A stretch of 64,000 bases of DNA from the NCBI GenBank assembly GCA_964410025.1, contig CAYPFA010000002.1, positions 15,653 to 79,652 of the forward strand, in the 5' to 3' direction. The notes under the pieces were generated by a model, which worked only from the letters and a program-made list of their open reading frames with translations, did not search any database and was not told the origin of the DNA. How positions within the stretch are numbered: position 1 is the first letter of the stretch; every line of letters starts with the position of its first letter. Positions 47,223 through 56,117 of this stretch are shown here, one piece after another. Both the position numbers and the translations under genes were made by a program. Origin of the DNA: Candidatus Woesearchaeota archaeon. GTDB taxonomy: Archaea > Nanobdellota > Nanobdellia > Pacearchaeales > GW2011-AR1.

Positions 47223-48443
47223 TTACAATCCTAACGATTCAACTAAAATTGCCTCTACTTTCTCCAAAATATTTGAAGGAATAGAAAGCTTAACTTCCCT
47301 TGTTCTTCCGTGCCTCCCTTTTGAGATAACTCTCGCATTTATTAGCCCAAGCATATCTATTTCACCAATAATATCTGAAACTCTCCTTTGGGTAAGAAAT
47401 TCTATTTTTATCTTATTACAAACATCTTGATAATAATTATAAATATCTCCTGTAAAAAAATTATTTGATTCATTTCCGTCTTTTCCTTCCTTCTTTGTTA
47501 ATTGTAATATAGAATATAAAACCACTTGAAATTGTGTCGGTTCGGTTTCAACTATGTCTAATATTTTATCTTTTTCCATTTTCTGATTAGCCTGATCAAT
47601 ATAAATCTCATCTATTCTTAATTTTCCATCTCTTTCAGCAAGTTCACCTGCTATCCTAAGTAAATCTAAAGCTCTTCTTGCATCACCATGTTCTCTAGCT
47701 GCAAAAGCTGCACATTTTGAAATAACGGCCTCATCGACAGCATTTTCTTTAAATGCCTGCTTACACCTCTCATTTAAAATATCTTTTAACTGTACTGCAT
47801 TATATGGTGGAAATATCACTTCTTCTTCTCCAAGAGAACTTTTTACACGCGGATCTATATTTTCTAAAAAAGTAACATCATTAGAAATCCCTATAATTGA
47901 TATTTGGGCCTTACTTAACTCAGAATTTAACCTCGTAAGAGAATATAAAAAACTATCATCTATTTTTTTAACAGCTTGATCAATTTCATCAAATATAATA
48001 ACAACTAATTGTTTTTTAGAATCTATTAAATCAATAAATATTGAATAAACCTTATCGGTTGGAAGACCTGTTGCTGGAACACTTCCTCCAAGTTCTGCAA
48101 TTAATGCTGCTAAAATCCTATATTCCGTATCGGCAATTTTTCTTAATTTACAATTAATATATTCTATTCTTATATCCACACCTATTTCTTTAGCTCTTTT
48201 AAGCAACTCTTCCCTAACATATTGAACTGAAAGTGTTTTTCCAGTACCTGTTTTACCATAAACAAAAAGATTACTAGTTCTTTCTCCTCTTAAAATAGGA
48301 GCCATCATTGAAGCTACTTGCTCAATTTGTTTATCTCTATGGGGAATAGATTGAGGTGTATAATTTGTTTGTAAAACACTCTTATCTTTAAATAAAGAAT
48401 TTTTAATAGCTGAATCAAATATATGTGAAATTTGTGTTCCCAT
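47223..48443 (-). CDS. cdc6: Orc1/Cdc6 replication initiator
   Basis: Walker A GKTGTGKT; Walker B IIFDEID; C-terminal winged-helix-like region. Confidence 0.9.
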   Translation of the reverse strand: MGTQISHIFDSAIKNSLFKDKSVLQTNYTPQSIPHRDKQIEQVASMMAPILRGERTSNLFVYGKTGTGKTLSVQYVREELLKRAKEIGVDIRIEYINCKLRKIADTEYRILAALIAELGGSVPATGLPTDKVYSIFIDLIDSKKQLVVIIFDEIDQAVKKIDDSFLYSLTRLNSELSKAQISIIGISNDVTFLENIDPRVKSSLGEEEVIFPPYNAVQLKDILNERCKQAFKENAVDEAVISKCAAFAAREHGDARRALDLLRIAGELAERDGKLRIDEIYIDQANQKMEKDKILDIVETEPTQFQVVLYSILQLTKKEGKDGNESNNFFTGDIYNYYQDVCNKIKIEFLTQRRVSDIIGEIDMLGLINARVISKGRHGRTREVKLSIPSNILEKVEAILVESLGL

Positions 48444-48934
48444 TTTTTAAACCTCTAAAACAAGAAATGAATAAAGACTATTTAAATATTCATATATCGG
48501 AAAACATATATCTATCACCTCTATTTCCTTTAGAAAAATTATTTTAAATTATCTTTATTTAATTAATTAATAATTATTTTTACCGATGATAATCATTATT
48601 AAACACAAACACTCCCTCACACCTCTATTTCCTTTCCAGAAGAAATAGAGTTAAATAAAAAAATTTATTATACTATATACTATAATGTATATAATATAAT
48701 ATATATAATATAATATATAAAAGCTTATAAATAAAAAATAAACATTTTTGATTTTCTTTTTTGCTTTATAAATCTTATTCCATTTGAAATTAAGGGGTGA
48801 GTGTTTATAAAAAATACATCAAATATGTATTTTAAGTTGACTTTTTTAGAGAAAATTTTAATTAAATTATAAAAATAAGATATATTATACACGACTATAC
48901 AAAGGTTTATAAATAAATTTACAATATTTTTATC
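48444..48934. other. candidate replication origin (oriC): repeated ORB-like boxes flanking an AT-only unwinding region
   Basis: CACCTCTATTTCCTTT at 48516-48531 and 48620-48635; dyad CTCTATTTC/GAAATAGAG at 48623-48650 containing TTCCAGAAGAAA; AAACACTC at 48607 with inverted GAGTGTTT at about 48799; (TA)-rich tract about 48650-48790. Lies directly upstream of orc1/cdc6. Confidence 0.6.
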
Positions 48935-49189
48935 ATGGACAAAAGACCCTTCAAAAGTTTATTGGGAAAGCAAGTGGTGACAAAAGAAGGTAAGAGGCTA
49001 GGAATAGCTAAAGACTTAACTTTTGAAACAAAAACAGGAGAATTAATTCACTTGGTCATACGAGATTTAACTCCATACACAGCGAATCTTTCTTTGGAAA
49101 GAACAAAAGATAAAGAGGCATTACTTCCTTTTAATTCTTTAATAGCTGTTGGAGATTTTATAGTCGTTTCAGAAGAAGACCTAGTTTAA
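48935..49189 (+). CDS. PRC-barrel domain protein
   Basis: LLGKQVVTKEGKRLGIAKDLTFETKTGELIHLVI. Confidence 0.65.
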   Translation: MDKRPFKSLLGKQVVTKEGKRLGIAKDLTFETKTGELIHLVIRDLTPYTANLSLERTKDKEALLPFNSLIAVGDFIVVSEEDLV

Positions 49190-49223
49190 TTCTACAAAAG
49201 TTTTAAATCATCAAACTAATAAA

Positions 49224-49643
49224 ATGGCAAGAGAAATAAAGTTAGCAGGATTCAAGTACACTAAACTTAGTGCTGAACGAGTTGAAGATTTTAAAGGAGA
49301 CTTAAAAATAACTCCAAATATTAATATTTCAAATATTGATAAACCTAAATCTTCCATAAAACAAGATTCTTTAGTTGTTGATTTTATTTTTGGCGTTGAT
49401 TATAATGGTTTAGGAAAAATAGAATTGTTTGGAAAAATGTATCTAATTGTTGATTCTAAAACAGTTAAAGAAGTTATTGATGGTTGGAATTTAAAAAAAC
49501 TAGATAATGAAATTAATATGGTAATTTTAAATATAATTATGCAAAAGGCATCACTTAAGGCTTTAGAATTAGAAGAAGAGTTAAATCTTCCTCCCCATAT
49601 TCAATTACCAAGACTTCAATTAGAAAAACAAGAAAAAAATTAA
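49224..49643 (+). CDS. hypothetical protein (139 aa)
   Basis: Track ORF; no motif recognised. Confidence 0.5.
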   Translation: MAREIKLAGFKYTKLSAERVEDFKGDLKITPNINISNIDKPKSSIKQDSLVVDFIFGVDYNGLGKIELFGKMYLIVDSKTVKEVIDGWNLKKLDNEINMVILNIIMQKASLKALELEEELNLPPHIQLPRLQLEKQEKN

Positions 49644-49689
49644 TTTTTAATAAACAGTTTTATAAATTCATTTCTAATATATTTTTTAG

Positions 49690-49713
49690 GCCCACATAAC
49701 ACAATAGTACTCG
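49690..49713 (+). pseudogene. tRNA-Ser 5' fragment (positions about 1-24)
   Basis: GCCCACATAACACAATAGTACT compared with GCCCACATGGCACAATGGTACT in the intact gene. Confidence 0.6.
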
Positions 49714-49735
49714 CGAATAATTTGGTTTAAGAAAT

Positions 49736-49816
49736 GCCCACATGGCACAATGGTACTGCAATGGTCTCGAACACCATACCTTTACTGGTTTCCCAGTTCG
49801 ATTCTGGGTGTGGGCG
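49736..49816 (+). tRNA. tRNA-Ser (anticodon CGA)
   Basis: Hand-folded: acceptor GCCCACA/TGTGGGC plus G73; D stem GCA/TGC with GG loop; anticodon stem ATGGT/ACCAT with loop CTCGAAC; long variable arm; T arm CCCAG-TTCGATT-CTGGG. Confidence 0.85.
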
Positions 49817-49848
49817 TTAAGTAAAAAAATTAAACCAAATTATGAGTA

Positions 49849-49901
49849 GGTCTCGAAAACCGTGCCCTAACAGGTCTCCAGGTTTAATTCCTAGTATGAA
49901 C
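49849..49901 (+). pseudogene. degenerate tRNA-Ser 3' fragment (anticodon loop to 3' end)
   Basis: GGTCTCGAAAACC...CCAGGTTTAATTCCTAG aligns to the 3' two-thirds of the tRNA, but the acceptor strand is destroyed. Confidence 0.5.
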
Positions 49902-49980
49902 ATTTTACTTGGCTTTTAAGATAAAACCAACTAATTAATGAAAGGCAAACAAAACGTAGTTTCAAAACAAATCACAAGCA

Positions 49981-50034
49981 GGTCTCGAACACCATGCCTT
50001 TACTTTTTTCCCAGTTCGATTCTGGATCTGGGCG
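49981..50034 (+). pseudogene. tRNA-Ser 3' fragment, 49/54 identical to positions 49763-49816
   Basis: GGTCTCGAACACCATGCCTTTACTTTTTTCCCAGTTCGATTCTGGATCTGGGCG. The five mismatches break the variable-arm, T-stem and acceptor pairing. Confidence 0.75.
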
Positions 50035-50050
50035 TTTTTAATTATCTAAA

Positions 50051-50785
50051 TTAGATCTTTCCGAAATTATAAACTTTCCCATCATCCGCAACCAAAACAA
50101 CCTTCATACCTTTTTCATAAATTTCTAAATCTTTTATAATATCACTTCCTTCAATTAAAGGGAAAAAACTAGGCGCAAAAATCACATTTTTACCATATTC
50201 ACTAGATTTACCATATAAAAAGCACTTATATTTTTCTTCTTTAATGCTTTTTTTATCTTTCAGTAGGTAAGCTGGATGAAAATGACCTAAAACAACTAAT
50301 TTTGTTTTTTCATTTTTTATTTTTTCGTAATTTTTCTTTACACTTTGTGAATCTCCATGTAAAAAAATTATTCCCTGTTCACTAAGGCCATCTAAAAGCA
50401 CAACGTTTGGATGGTTTTTGATTATAGGTTCTAGTATGTTATCATGGTTTCCTTTGGTAATTATAATTTTACCATCTTTAATTAAATATTTATTAAAAAA
50501 TAAAACTAATTCTTCAAAATCTTGCAGCTCTTGTTTTAAAATTCCTCCAAGTTGATGCTTTATATCCCCTAAAAGTATTATTCTTTCAACTCTTCCTATT
50601 TTGGTAAAAATTCTCTCAAAAATCTCTTTTGTTTGATTTAATTGATCTCTTATAACACTAATACCTCTTTCATTTAAGCTTTGCTCGTAGCCCAAATGTA
50701 GATCTCCAGCTATTAAAGTGTTTTTTATCTTCCAAAATAAACACCTATCAATCACTTCAAACTCAAAAATATTTATTTTACTCAT
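50051..50785 (-). CDS. metallophosphoesterase (Lhr-associated MPE type)
   Basis: GDLHLG, GDIKH, GNHDN, LHGD, GHFHP. Start is coupled to the Lhr stop by a 4-nt overlap. Confidence 0.8.
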   Translation of the reverse strand: MSKINIFEFEVIDRCLFWKIKNTLIAGDLHLGYEQSLNERGISVIRDQLNQTKEIFERIFTKIGRVERIILLGDIKHQLGGILKQELQDFEELVLFFNKYLIKDGKIIITKGNHDNILEPIIKNHPNVVLLDGLSEQGIIFLHGDSQSVKKNYEKIKNEKTKLVVLGHFHPAYLLKDKKSIKEEKYKCFLYGKSSEYGKNVIFAPSFFPLIEGSDIIKDLEIYEKGMKVVLVADDGKVYNFGKI

Positions 50786-53370
50786 TTTTCCAACTCACTC
50801 CAAACTCTCTTAATAAAAGAATTTTTGTCTTCAATTTTAATTAAATCAGAATGGCTCTGTAAAACCAGATTTATAGCAAAAGGGCTCATTATTTTGGTGT
50901 TTTTCATCTCAATTTTTATCTCACTCCTTTGTATTTTTTTTAAAATTTCTTCTGCATTTATTACATCCATTAAGTCTTCCATAACCTCACGCCTAGCCTC
51001 TTTTAAAATTGGAAAGTCTTTGGTCGTTTTTAAGACAGCGGCCATTAAAAAATGACTAGACATTTGCTGCCTGCCCACAGACTTTGTGTTTCCCTTATAA
51101 TTTCTTAAAATCATTAGTCCTCTGGTAGCACAATGTCTAAATCTTCTTTTTAAAATCTCAGTTTTATCAATAGCTTCATCCAAAACCTTTCTCAAGTTTT
51201 CAGGTTCGAGTAATTTAAAGCCTTTTACTATTTTTTCAAGCTCAATTTCTTTTCCTGCAATAAAAAACCCATTATCACTCACTCCAACCTCAACATCCCT
51301 TCTTCTTGCGGCAGCCACAACATAAGCACAGGCCCGAGAAAGAGCGTCATTTATCCTTCTTCCAAATAAACTATGAAAAAGCACGTATTTTTTGCCATCA
51401 GATATATATTCTTCGACCAATATTTTTTTATCCGTAGGAATTATTGAAGATTTAAACTGTTTTTCAAAGTATTTATAGATTACAGATGATGTTTTTTCGC
51501 CAGAGTATACATAGTTTGAGATAAACTCTTTAATTTCATCCGGAGATTTTTTTGCTCTGAATTTTTCATCAATTAATCTTCTAAATTTACCAATAGCAAG
51601 CGCTGTGGTGAAACTTAATGGCAACATTTCTGAAAACCAGGAGGGAATAGTAGGCGTCCTATCTGATGCAACAACATAAACTTTCATTCCTTTTGAATAT
51701 AAAAACTGATATTTTTTGCCACCAAGTACAAATACATCACCTTTTTTTAATTTTTCAAGAAAAATCTCGTCAATTTTACCAATATTATTTCCAGCCCTAT
51801 CAACCACGTTTGCAAAACTTTCATCTGGAATAGTACCAATGTTTGTCATATAAATCACTCTAGCCATCTTCCCCTTTTTTCCAATTTCATTTGTTTCGGG
51901 ATCAAACCATATTTTTGAATATAAATTTCTAGCATTAAGTTCGTATTCTCCAGAAAGATAAGAAATTACCGAGAAAAAATCCTCTTTTGTTAGATTTCTA
52001 TAGCAATAACTTTTTTTTATTAATTCAAAAGCTTCATTTACTTTCCAATTTTTGTAAATTGCCATGCCATATATCTGTTGTGCCAACACATCTAAACAGT
52101 TTTCAGGTATATGTACATCATCAATTATTTTTTCTTTAGAGTTTTTTAGTATGACTGCACACTCAACCAGGTCATCAAAGTCAGAAACTATAAATTTTCC
52201 TCTTGCGGTTTCATGTAATTGGTGTCCAGCTCTTCCAATTCTTTGCATTGCTCGCGAAACAGCCTTTGGCGAACCCAATAAAATCACTAAATCTATATAA
52301 CCAATGTCAATACCAAGCTCTAAAGATGTTGAACTTACAACAACCTTTAGCTTTCCATCCCTTAAACTCTGTTCAATGTCTAATCTATGTTCTTTTGAGA
52401 GTGAAGAATGATGTGCTCCAATGTTTTCAATGTATTTTTTTGGAAATTTTTCTTTCAAATTATGTACAACTCGTTCTGTTGCAGCACGAGTGTTGGTAAA
52501 AATTAATATTGTTCTATTTTTTTGCACCAAATCATCAATCATTTCATATAGTTTAGTGTTTAATTCAATAGTATTAGTGTTTAAAAAATCATTTATAGGG
52601 CTTAGTACCTCTAAATCAAGTTTTTTTACCATCTCAACCTCTGCAATTAAACAATCTCTGTCTACACCAACCAAGTAGTTTGCAACTTTTTCCAATGGAG
52701 ACACCGTAGCTGATAACCCAATTCTTACAATTGGCATCACAGAAATATCACAAATTCTCTCAATTGTGATGTTTAAGTGCACTCCTCTTTTATTTTCTGC
52801 CAAAGAATGTATCTCATCAATGATTAAAAACTCTAAACGTGTAAATTTTTCAACAAATTTTGGAGATGCAATCATAATTGCTGCACTTTCGGGTGTTGTT
52901 ATTAAGATATGAGGTGATTTTTTTAACATTCTTGCTTTTTCTTTTGCCTCTGTATCTCCAGTTCTCAATCCAACTTCAATTTTTTGCAATTTAATACCTT
53001 TTTTTTGAGCCAACTCTTCAATTTCTTTCAATGGTTGTACTAAATTGGTGTAAATATCTGCATTTAATGCCTTAAGTGGTGAACAGTACAGTGCGTAAAT
53101 CCGGTTTTCAAGCTCATCTTTCCTTGCAAGGCCCACCAAGTAGTTTAAAATACTTAAAAATGCTGTTAATGTTTTCGTTCCCCCAGTTGGAGCAGATATT
53201 AAGATATTTTTTCTTTCAAAAATAGGTAAAACACCATATCTTTGAGTAAGTGAAAAGTTAGGAAATCTAGAAAAAAACCACTCTCTAACTAAGAGGTCCA
53301 AACTAGCCGAGATATTTTTTTCATCTCTTGCGTTTGTTTTAATATATTCAGTTTTTTCCATTTTTAACAC
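50782..53370 (-). CDS. lhr: Lhr-like DEAD/DEAH-box helicase with DEAD/H-associated C-terminal region
   Basis: APTGGTKT, DEIH, SSTSLELGIDIG, QRIGRAGH; 862 aa. Confidence 0.85.
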   Translation of the reverse strand: MLKMEKTEYIKTNARDEKNISASLDLLVREWFFSRFPNFSLTQRYGVLPIFERKNILISAPTGGTKTLTAFLSILNYLVGLARKDELENRIYALYCSPLKALNADIYTNLVQPLKEIEELAQKKGIKLQKIEVGLRTGDTEAKEKARMLKKSPHILITTPESAAIMIASPKFVEKFTRLEFLIIDEIHSLAENKRGVHLNITIERICDISVMPIVRIGLSATVSPLEKVANYLVGVDRDCLIAEVEMVKKLDLEVLSPINDFLNTNTIELNTKLYEMIDDLVQKNRTILIFTNTRAATERVVHNLKEKFPKKYIENIGAHHSSLSKEHRLDIEQSLRDGKLKVVVSSTSLELGIDIGYIDLVILLGSPKAVSRAMQRIGRAGHQLHETARGKFIVSDFDDLVECAVILKNSKEKIIDDVHIPENCLDVLAQQIYGMAIYKNWKVNEAFELIKKSYCYRNLTKEDFFSVISYLSGEYELNARNLYSKIWFDPETNEIGKKGKMARVIYMTNIGTIPDESFANVVDRAGNNIGKIDEIFLEKLKKGDVFVLGGKKYQFLYSKGMKVYVVASDRTPTIPSWFSEMLPLSFTTALAIGKFRRLIDEKFRAKKSPDEIKEFISNYVYSGEKTSSVIYKYFEKQFKSSIIPTDKKILVEEYISDGKKYVLFHSLFGRRINDALSRACAYVVAAARRRDVEVGVSDNGFFIAGKEIELEKIVKGFKLLEPENLRKVLDEAIDKTEILKRRFRHCATRGLMILRNYKGNTKSVGRQQMSSHFLMAAVLKTTKDFPILKEARREVMEDLMDVINAEEILKKIQRSEIKIEMKNTKIMSPFAINLVLQSHSDLIKIEDKNSFIKRVWSELEK

Positions 53371-53466
53371 CTAAGAATTCAATTAAATAAATACCTACGA
53401 ATATTTAAATATTGCTATATTTTTAGAAACCGATTAACTTTTAAAGCCCTATTCATAATTAATTAT

Positions 53467-53778
53467 ATGCCAAGAATATCAAAAGAAAAACAAGAAAAAA
53501 TTCAAGAGCAAGTTTTATTTTTTCTCTATTCAATTTTTCCAAAACAAGTTTTTACGGCAGATATAGCAAAAGAAATTGCAAGAGATGAGGAATTTATTAA
53601 GGTTTTGATGTTAGAATTAGAAAAAAATAGCCTAGTTGTTAAGGTAACAAAGAATTCTGAAGGTGTTAATTATGAACGAAGACTCCGTTGGAGAATTTCA
53701 AATAATGCCTATGAAATTTATAATCAACATCAAAATAAATCTTCTCAATTGGAAATACAAGAAAAACTTGAAGGATAA
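53467..53778 (+). CDS. small winged-helix-like DNA-binding protein
   Basis: FTADIAKEIARDEEFIKVLMLELEKNSLVVKV... has an HTH-plus-wing pattern. Confidence 0.5.
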   Translation: MPRISKEKQEKIQEQVLFFLYSIFPKQVFTADIAKEIARDEEFIKVLMLELEKNSLVVKVTKNSEGVNYERRLRWRISNNAYEIYNQHQNKSSQLEIQEKLEG

Positions 53779-53845
53779 AAGAATAACTCTGAAGTATATC
53801 TTAGAGAATAAATAACATTAAAAAGAAACAGGGACTTAATTTTTT

Positions 53846-54520
53846 ATGGATCCAATTAAAGAAGCTTTTCAGAAAATAAAAGAAGAAATGTTGGAAATTA
53901 GAAAAGAAATTTCCGCTTTAAAACAAGAAATTTCTTTAAAGCCAAACTTATCAGACTTAGGTGGTTCTTCGGCAAATCCGTCAATTATTCCAACACAAAC
54001 CCATCATCCAACAGACACTCCCGCACAAACTCCGGCAGTTCCACAGGAAATAGGGGGGTTAAAACAATCAAGTTTCATAATCTCCACAGGAAATAGGGGG
54101 GGTCCAACAAACACATCCACAGACAGTCAAACAAACCAACAAACCAGCAATTTCAACATTTCTCCTCGAGAAACACTATTAGATAGGTCCATAAACCTTC
54201 ACGAAACTCTCTCTAGTGTAGATAATATTAAGCGAGAATTAAGGCTTAAGTTTAAGAGATTAACTACTCAAGAAATGCTCGTTTTTTCAACCCTCTATAG
54301 TTTAGAATCTCAGGGTTTTCAGGAAATTACCTATAAAATCCTTGCAAACAATCTTAATCTCAGCGAATCTTCAATTAGAGATTATATATCTAAAATCTCA
54401 GCCAAAGGAATACCCGTTTCCAAGACTAGGTTGAATAATAAACTTATAGTATTGAATATCTCTCAAGATCTGCAAAAAATAGCTTCCCTAGCCACCATAA
54501 TGCGTTTGAGAGAGCTTTAA
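53846..54520 (+). CDS. coiled-coil / P,T,Q-rich linker / C-terminal HTH protein
   Basis: N-terminal heptads; C-terminal LTTQEMLVFSTLYSLESQGFQEITYKILANNLNLSESSIRDYISKI. Contains the duplicated poly-G 18-mer. Confidence 0.6.
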   Translation: MDPIKEAFQKIKEEMLEIRKEISALKQEISLKPNLSDLGGSSANPSIIPTQTHHPTDTPAQTPAVPQEIGGLKQSSFIISTGNRGGPTNTSTDSQTNQQTSNFNISPRETLLDRSINLHETLSSVDNIKRELRLKFKRLTTQEMLVFSTLYSLESQGFQEITYKILANNLNLSESSIRDYISKISAKGIPVSKTRLNNKLIVLNISQDLQKIASLATIMRLREL

Positions 54521-54819
54521 TTTTATAAGTAAATATCATGTTTTTACGCTTTAAAATATAAGTCATTCGGCTAAACGAATAGTTATTACAATCCTCTCTT
54601 TTTGACCTTGAATCCAACATATTCAAGCCAGTCAATTATTTTTTCTTTGATTTTTAACGTTGTTTTTGAGTTTTATCAGTAGATTTTTAATCTAAACTCA
54701 CTTTTGCGCCAAAAATAATTTTTTTAAGTTATTATAAAAACTCTCACTTAAATCCTTTGTATTGTTATATTCACAAACTCTCCTTTTTTTTCTCACTTTT
54801 CCAGTAAATTTTATGCTTT

Positions 54820-55422
54820 TCATTGTTCTACCTGTTTTCTTCTTTGTAGTTTAACTCTCACTTTTCCATTTTTGAGCATAATTTGCTTCATTTCTTCAGG
54901 AATATACAATCTTTTCTTGCCATTTGCCTCTCTAGCCTCCATTATTAATCCTTCACTCTTCTGCCTTATGGTATTAATCTGTCCCCTAACGGTGCTTTTA
55001 TCTTTTCCTAATAAAACAGCTAAATCTTCATAGCTTAGTTTTTGATCAGAGTTTGCAAGCGCCCAAATTACAGCTCGCTCCATAAGTGATAAATTGTCTA
55101 AAATAGTTGTTTGAACAGCCGTTTGCACGCCTTCTTGAACACTTACAACACTTGTTTGTTTATTAGAATTTGCCTGCGGTTGTTTGGACAGCTTAGAACC
55201 AAACAGTGAAATAAAATTTTTCATCTCTTCCATTTCACTCTGTACTTCAAAAAGTTGTTTCTTTACATCATCTATTTCAGTGTCTTGGACATGTTCTTTA
55301 GCGTCGAAATGCTTTATCCATTGACTAACTTTACCAAAATCTTGTTTCACAGAATCAAAAGACTTTTGTATTTCAAGCCTCATTTGTTCATTCTCATCTC
55401 TTTTTTTAAACCAACCAAACAT
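54820..55422 (-). CDS. coiled-coil / Q,T-rich linker / C-terminal HTH protein (same architecture as 53846-54520)
   Basis: LSLMERAVIWALANSDQKLSYEDLAVLLGKDKSTVRGQINTIRQK. Confidence 0.6.
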   Translation of the reverse strand: MFGWFKKRDENEQMRLEIQKSFDSVKQDFGKVSQWIKHFDAKEHVQDTEIDDVKKQLFEVQSEMEEMKNFISLFGSKLSKQPQANSNKQTSVVSVQEGVQTAVQTTILDNLSLMERAVIWALANSDQKLSYEDLAVLLGKDKSTVRGQINTIRQKSEGLIMEAREANGKKRLYIPEEMKQIMLKNGKVRVKLQRRKQVEQ

Positions 55423-55803
55423 CTTAATATTGTTTAAACAACCATCTTTATAAACCTTTCGTTTTTTTATCGTTTTTACATCTAAAATAGGTTAAAAATA
55501 GACAAATTTAGCTGTTGTTTAAAACAAAAACATTATATTTTATACTCGATAAAACACATTAAATCTTGTTTATAACTAAACAACTGATAAACATCAATTT
55601 AAACAGTCAATTCTGTCAAACAACACCCATATAATACATAAAAATGAGTCAAAAAAGCACATATTTTATAAACAGCTGTTTGGAGTTGTTTGCTTGTTTG
55701 TTAAACAATGAAGATCTATTAACTAACACCTGTTTAAACAGGTGTTTATCGTCGGTAAATTTTAATTAAAAACATTTATAAACAACAACCAACTGAATAA
55801 AAT
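55423..55803. promoter_or_regulatory. palindrome-rich control region (TGTTTAAACA-type sites)
   Basis: TGTTTAAACA at 55431-55440; 20-nt perfect palindrome ACACCTGTTTAAACAGGTGT at 55726-55745; AAACAGCTGTTT at 55670-55681; further TGTTTA/TAAACA half-sites throughout. Confidence 0.6.
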
Positions 55804-56106
55804 ATGGGTGTGATGCGTAATATTTCAATATCTTTAGGTTGTTCTTTGGCTTATTTTTTCTCATCTTTTTTCGTAAACATAATTCCATGTCAAATGGCGC
55901 CAAATGTTCCAAATCCGATTTATTCATGGGCACTTTGCAATATAAATCCAGACCAAATTTCATCTTTCGGGATACAGAAGCTTTACTTTGGCATAACCAC
56001 AAAGTTAGCTGAAACATACTTTATTTCGTTAGTTTTGATTTTCGCAATATTTATGATAATTTTATCTCTATTTTTTAGAAAATCAAAAAAAATAAAAGAT
56101 GAGTGA
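55804..56106 (+). CDS. doubtful hypothetical ORF with C-terminal TM
   Basis: Track ORF. A competing minus-strand ORF (55766-56017) covers the same DNA. Confidence 0.25.
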   Translation: MGVMRNISISLGCSLAYFFSSFFVNIIPCQMAPNVPNPIYSWALCNINPDQISSFGIQKLYFGITTKLAETYFISLVLIFAIFMIILSLFFRKSKKIKDE

Positions 56107-56117
56107 AAGGAGGTTTA

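Noticed and set aside
49690-49901. Functional split or trans-spliced tRNA: the 5' fragment with its 14-nt tail pairing to the 14-nt leader of the 3' fragment, as in Nanoarchaeum
   Set aside because: The geometry is suggestive, but the 3' fragment at 49849-49901 has no sequence able to pair with the GCCCACA acceptor strand, and its T stem has a mismatch. The 5' fragment lacks a D-stem partner. An intact tRNA-Ser lies between the two arms.
40507-53000. Short antisense track ORFs within dnaE, dp2, dp1, cdc6 and lhr (for example 40507-40713, 42463-42657, 43610-43852, 44182-44382, 44584-44781, 46449-46700, 47218-47430, 50825-51055, 52064-52678)
   Set aside because: All are embedded antisense in long, motif-supported genes and have low-complexity, Ile/Phe/Ser-rich products typical of AT-rich shadow ORFs.
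55766-56017. Minus-strand ORF 55766-56017 competing with plus ORF 55804-56106
   Set aside because: Neither has supporting motifs or signals. The plus ORF is listed at low confidence only because it is co-directional with the following SD-preceded gene. Both may be non-coding.
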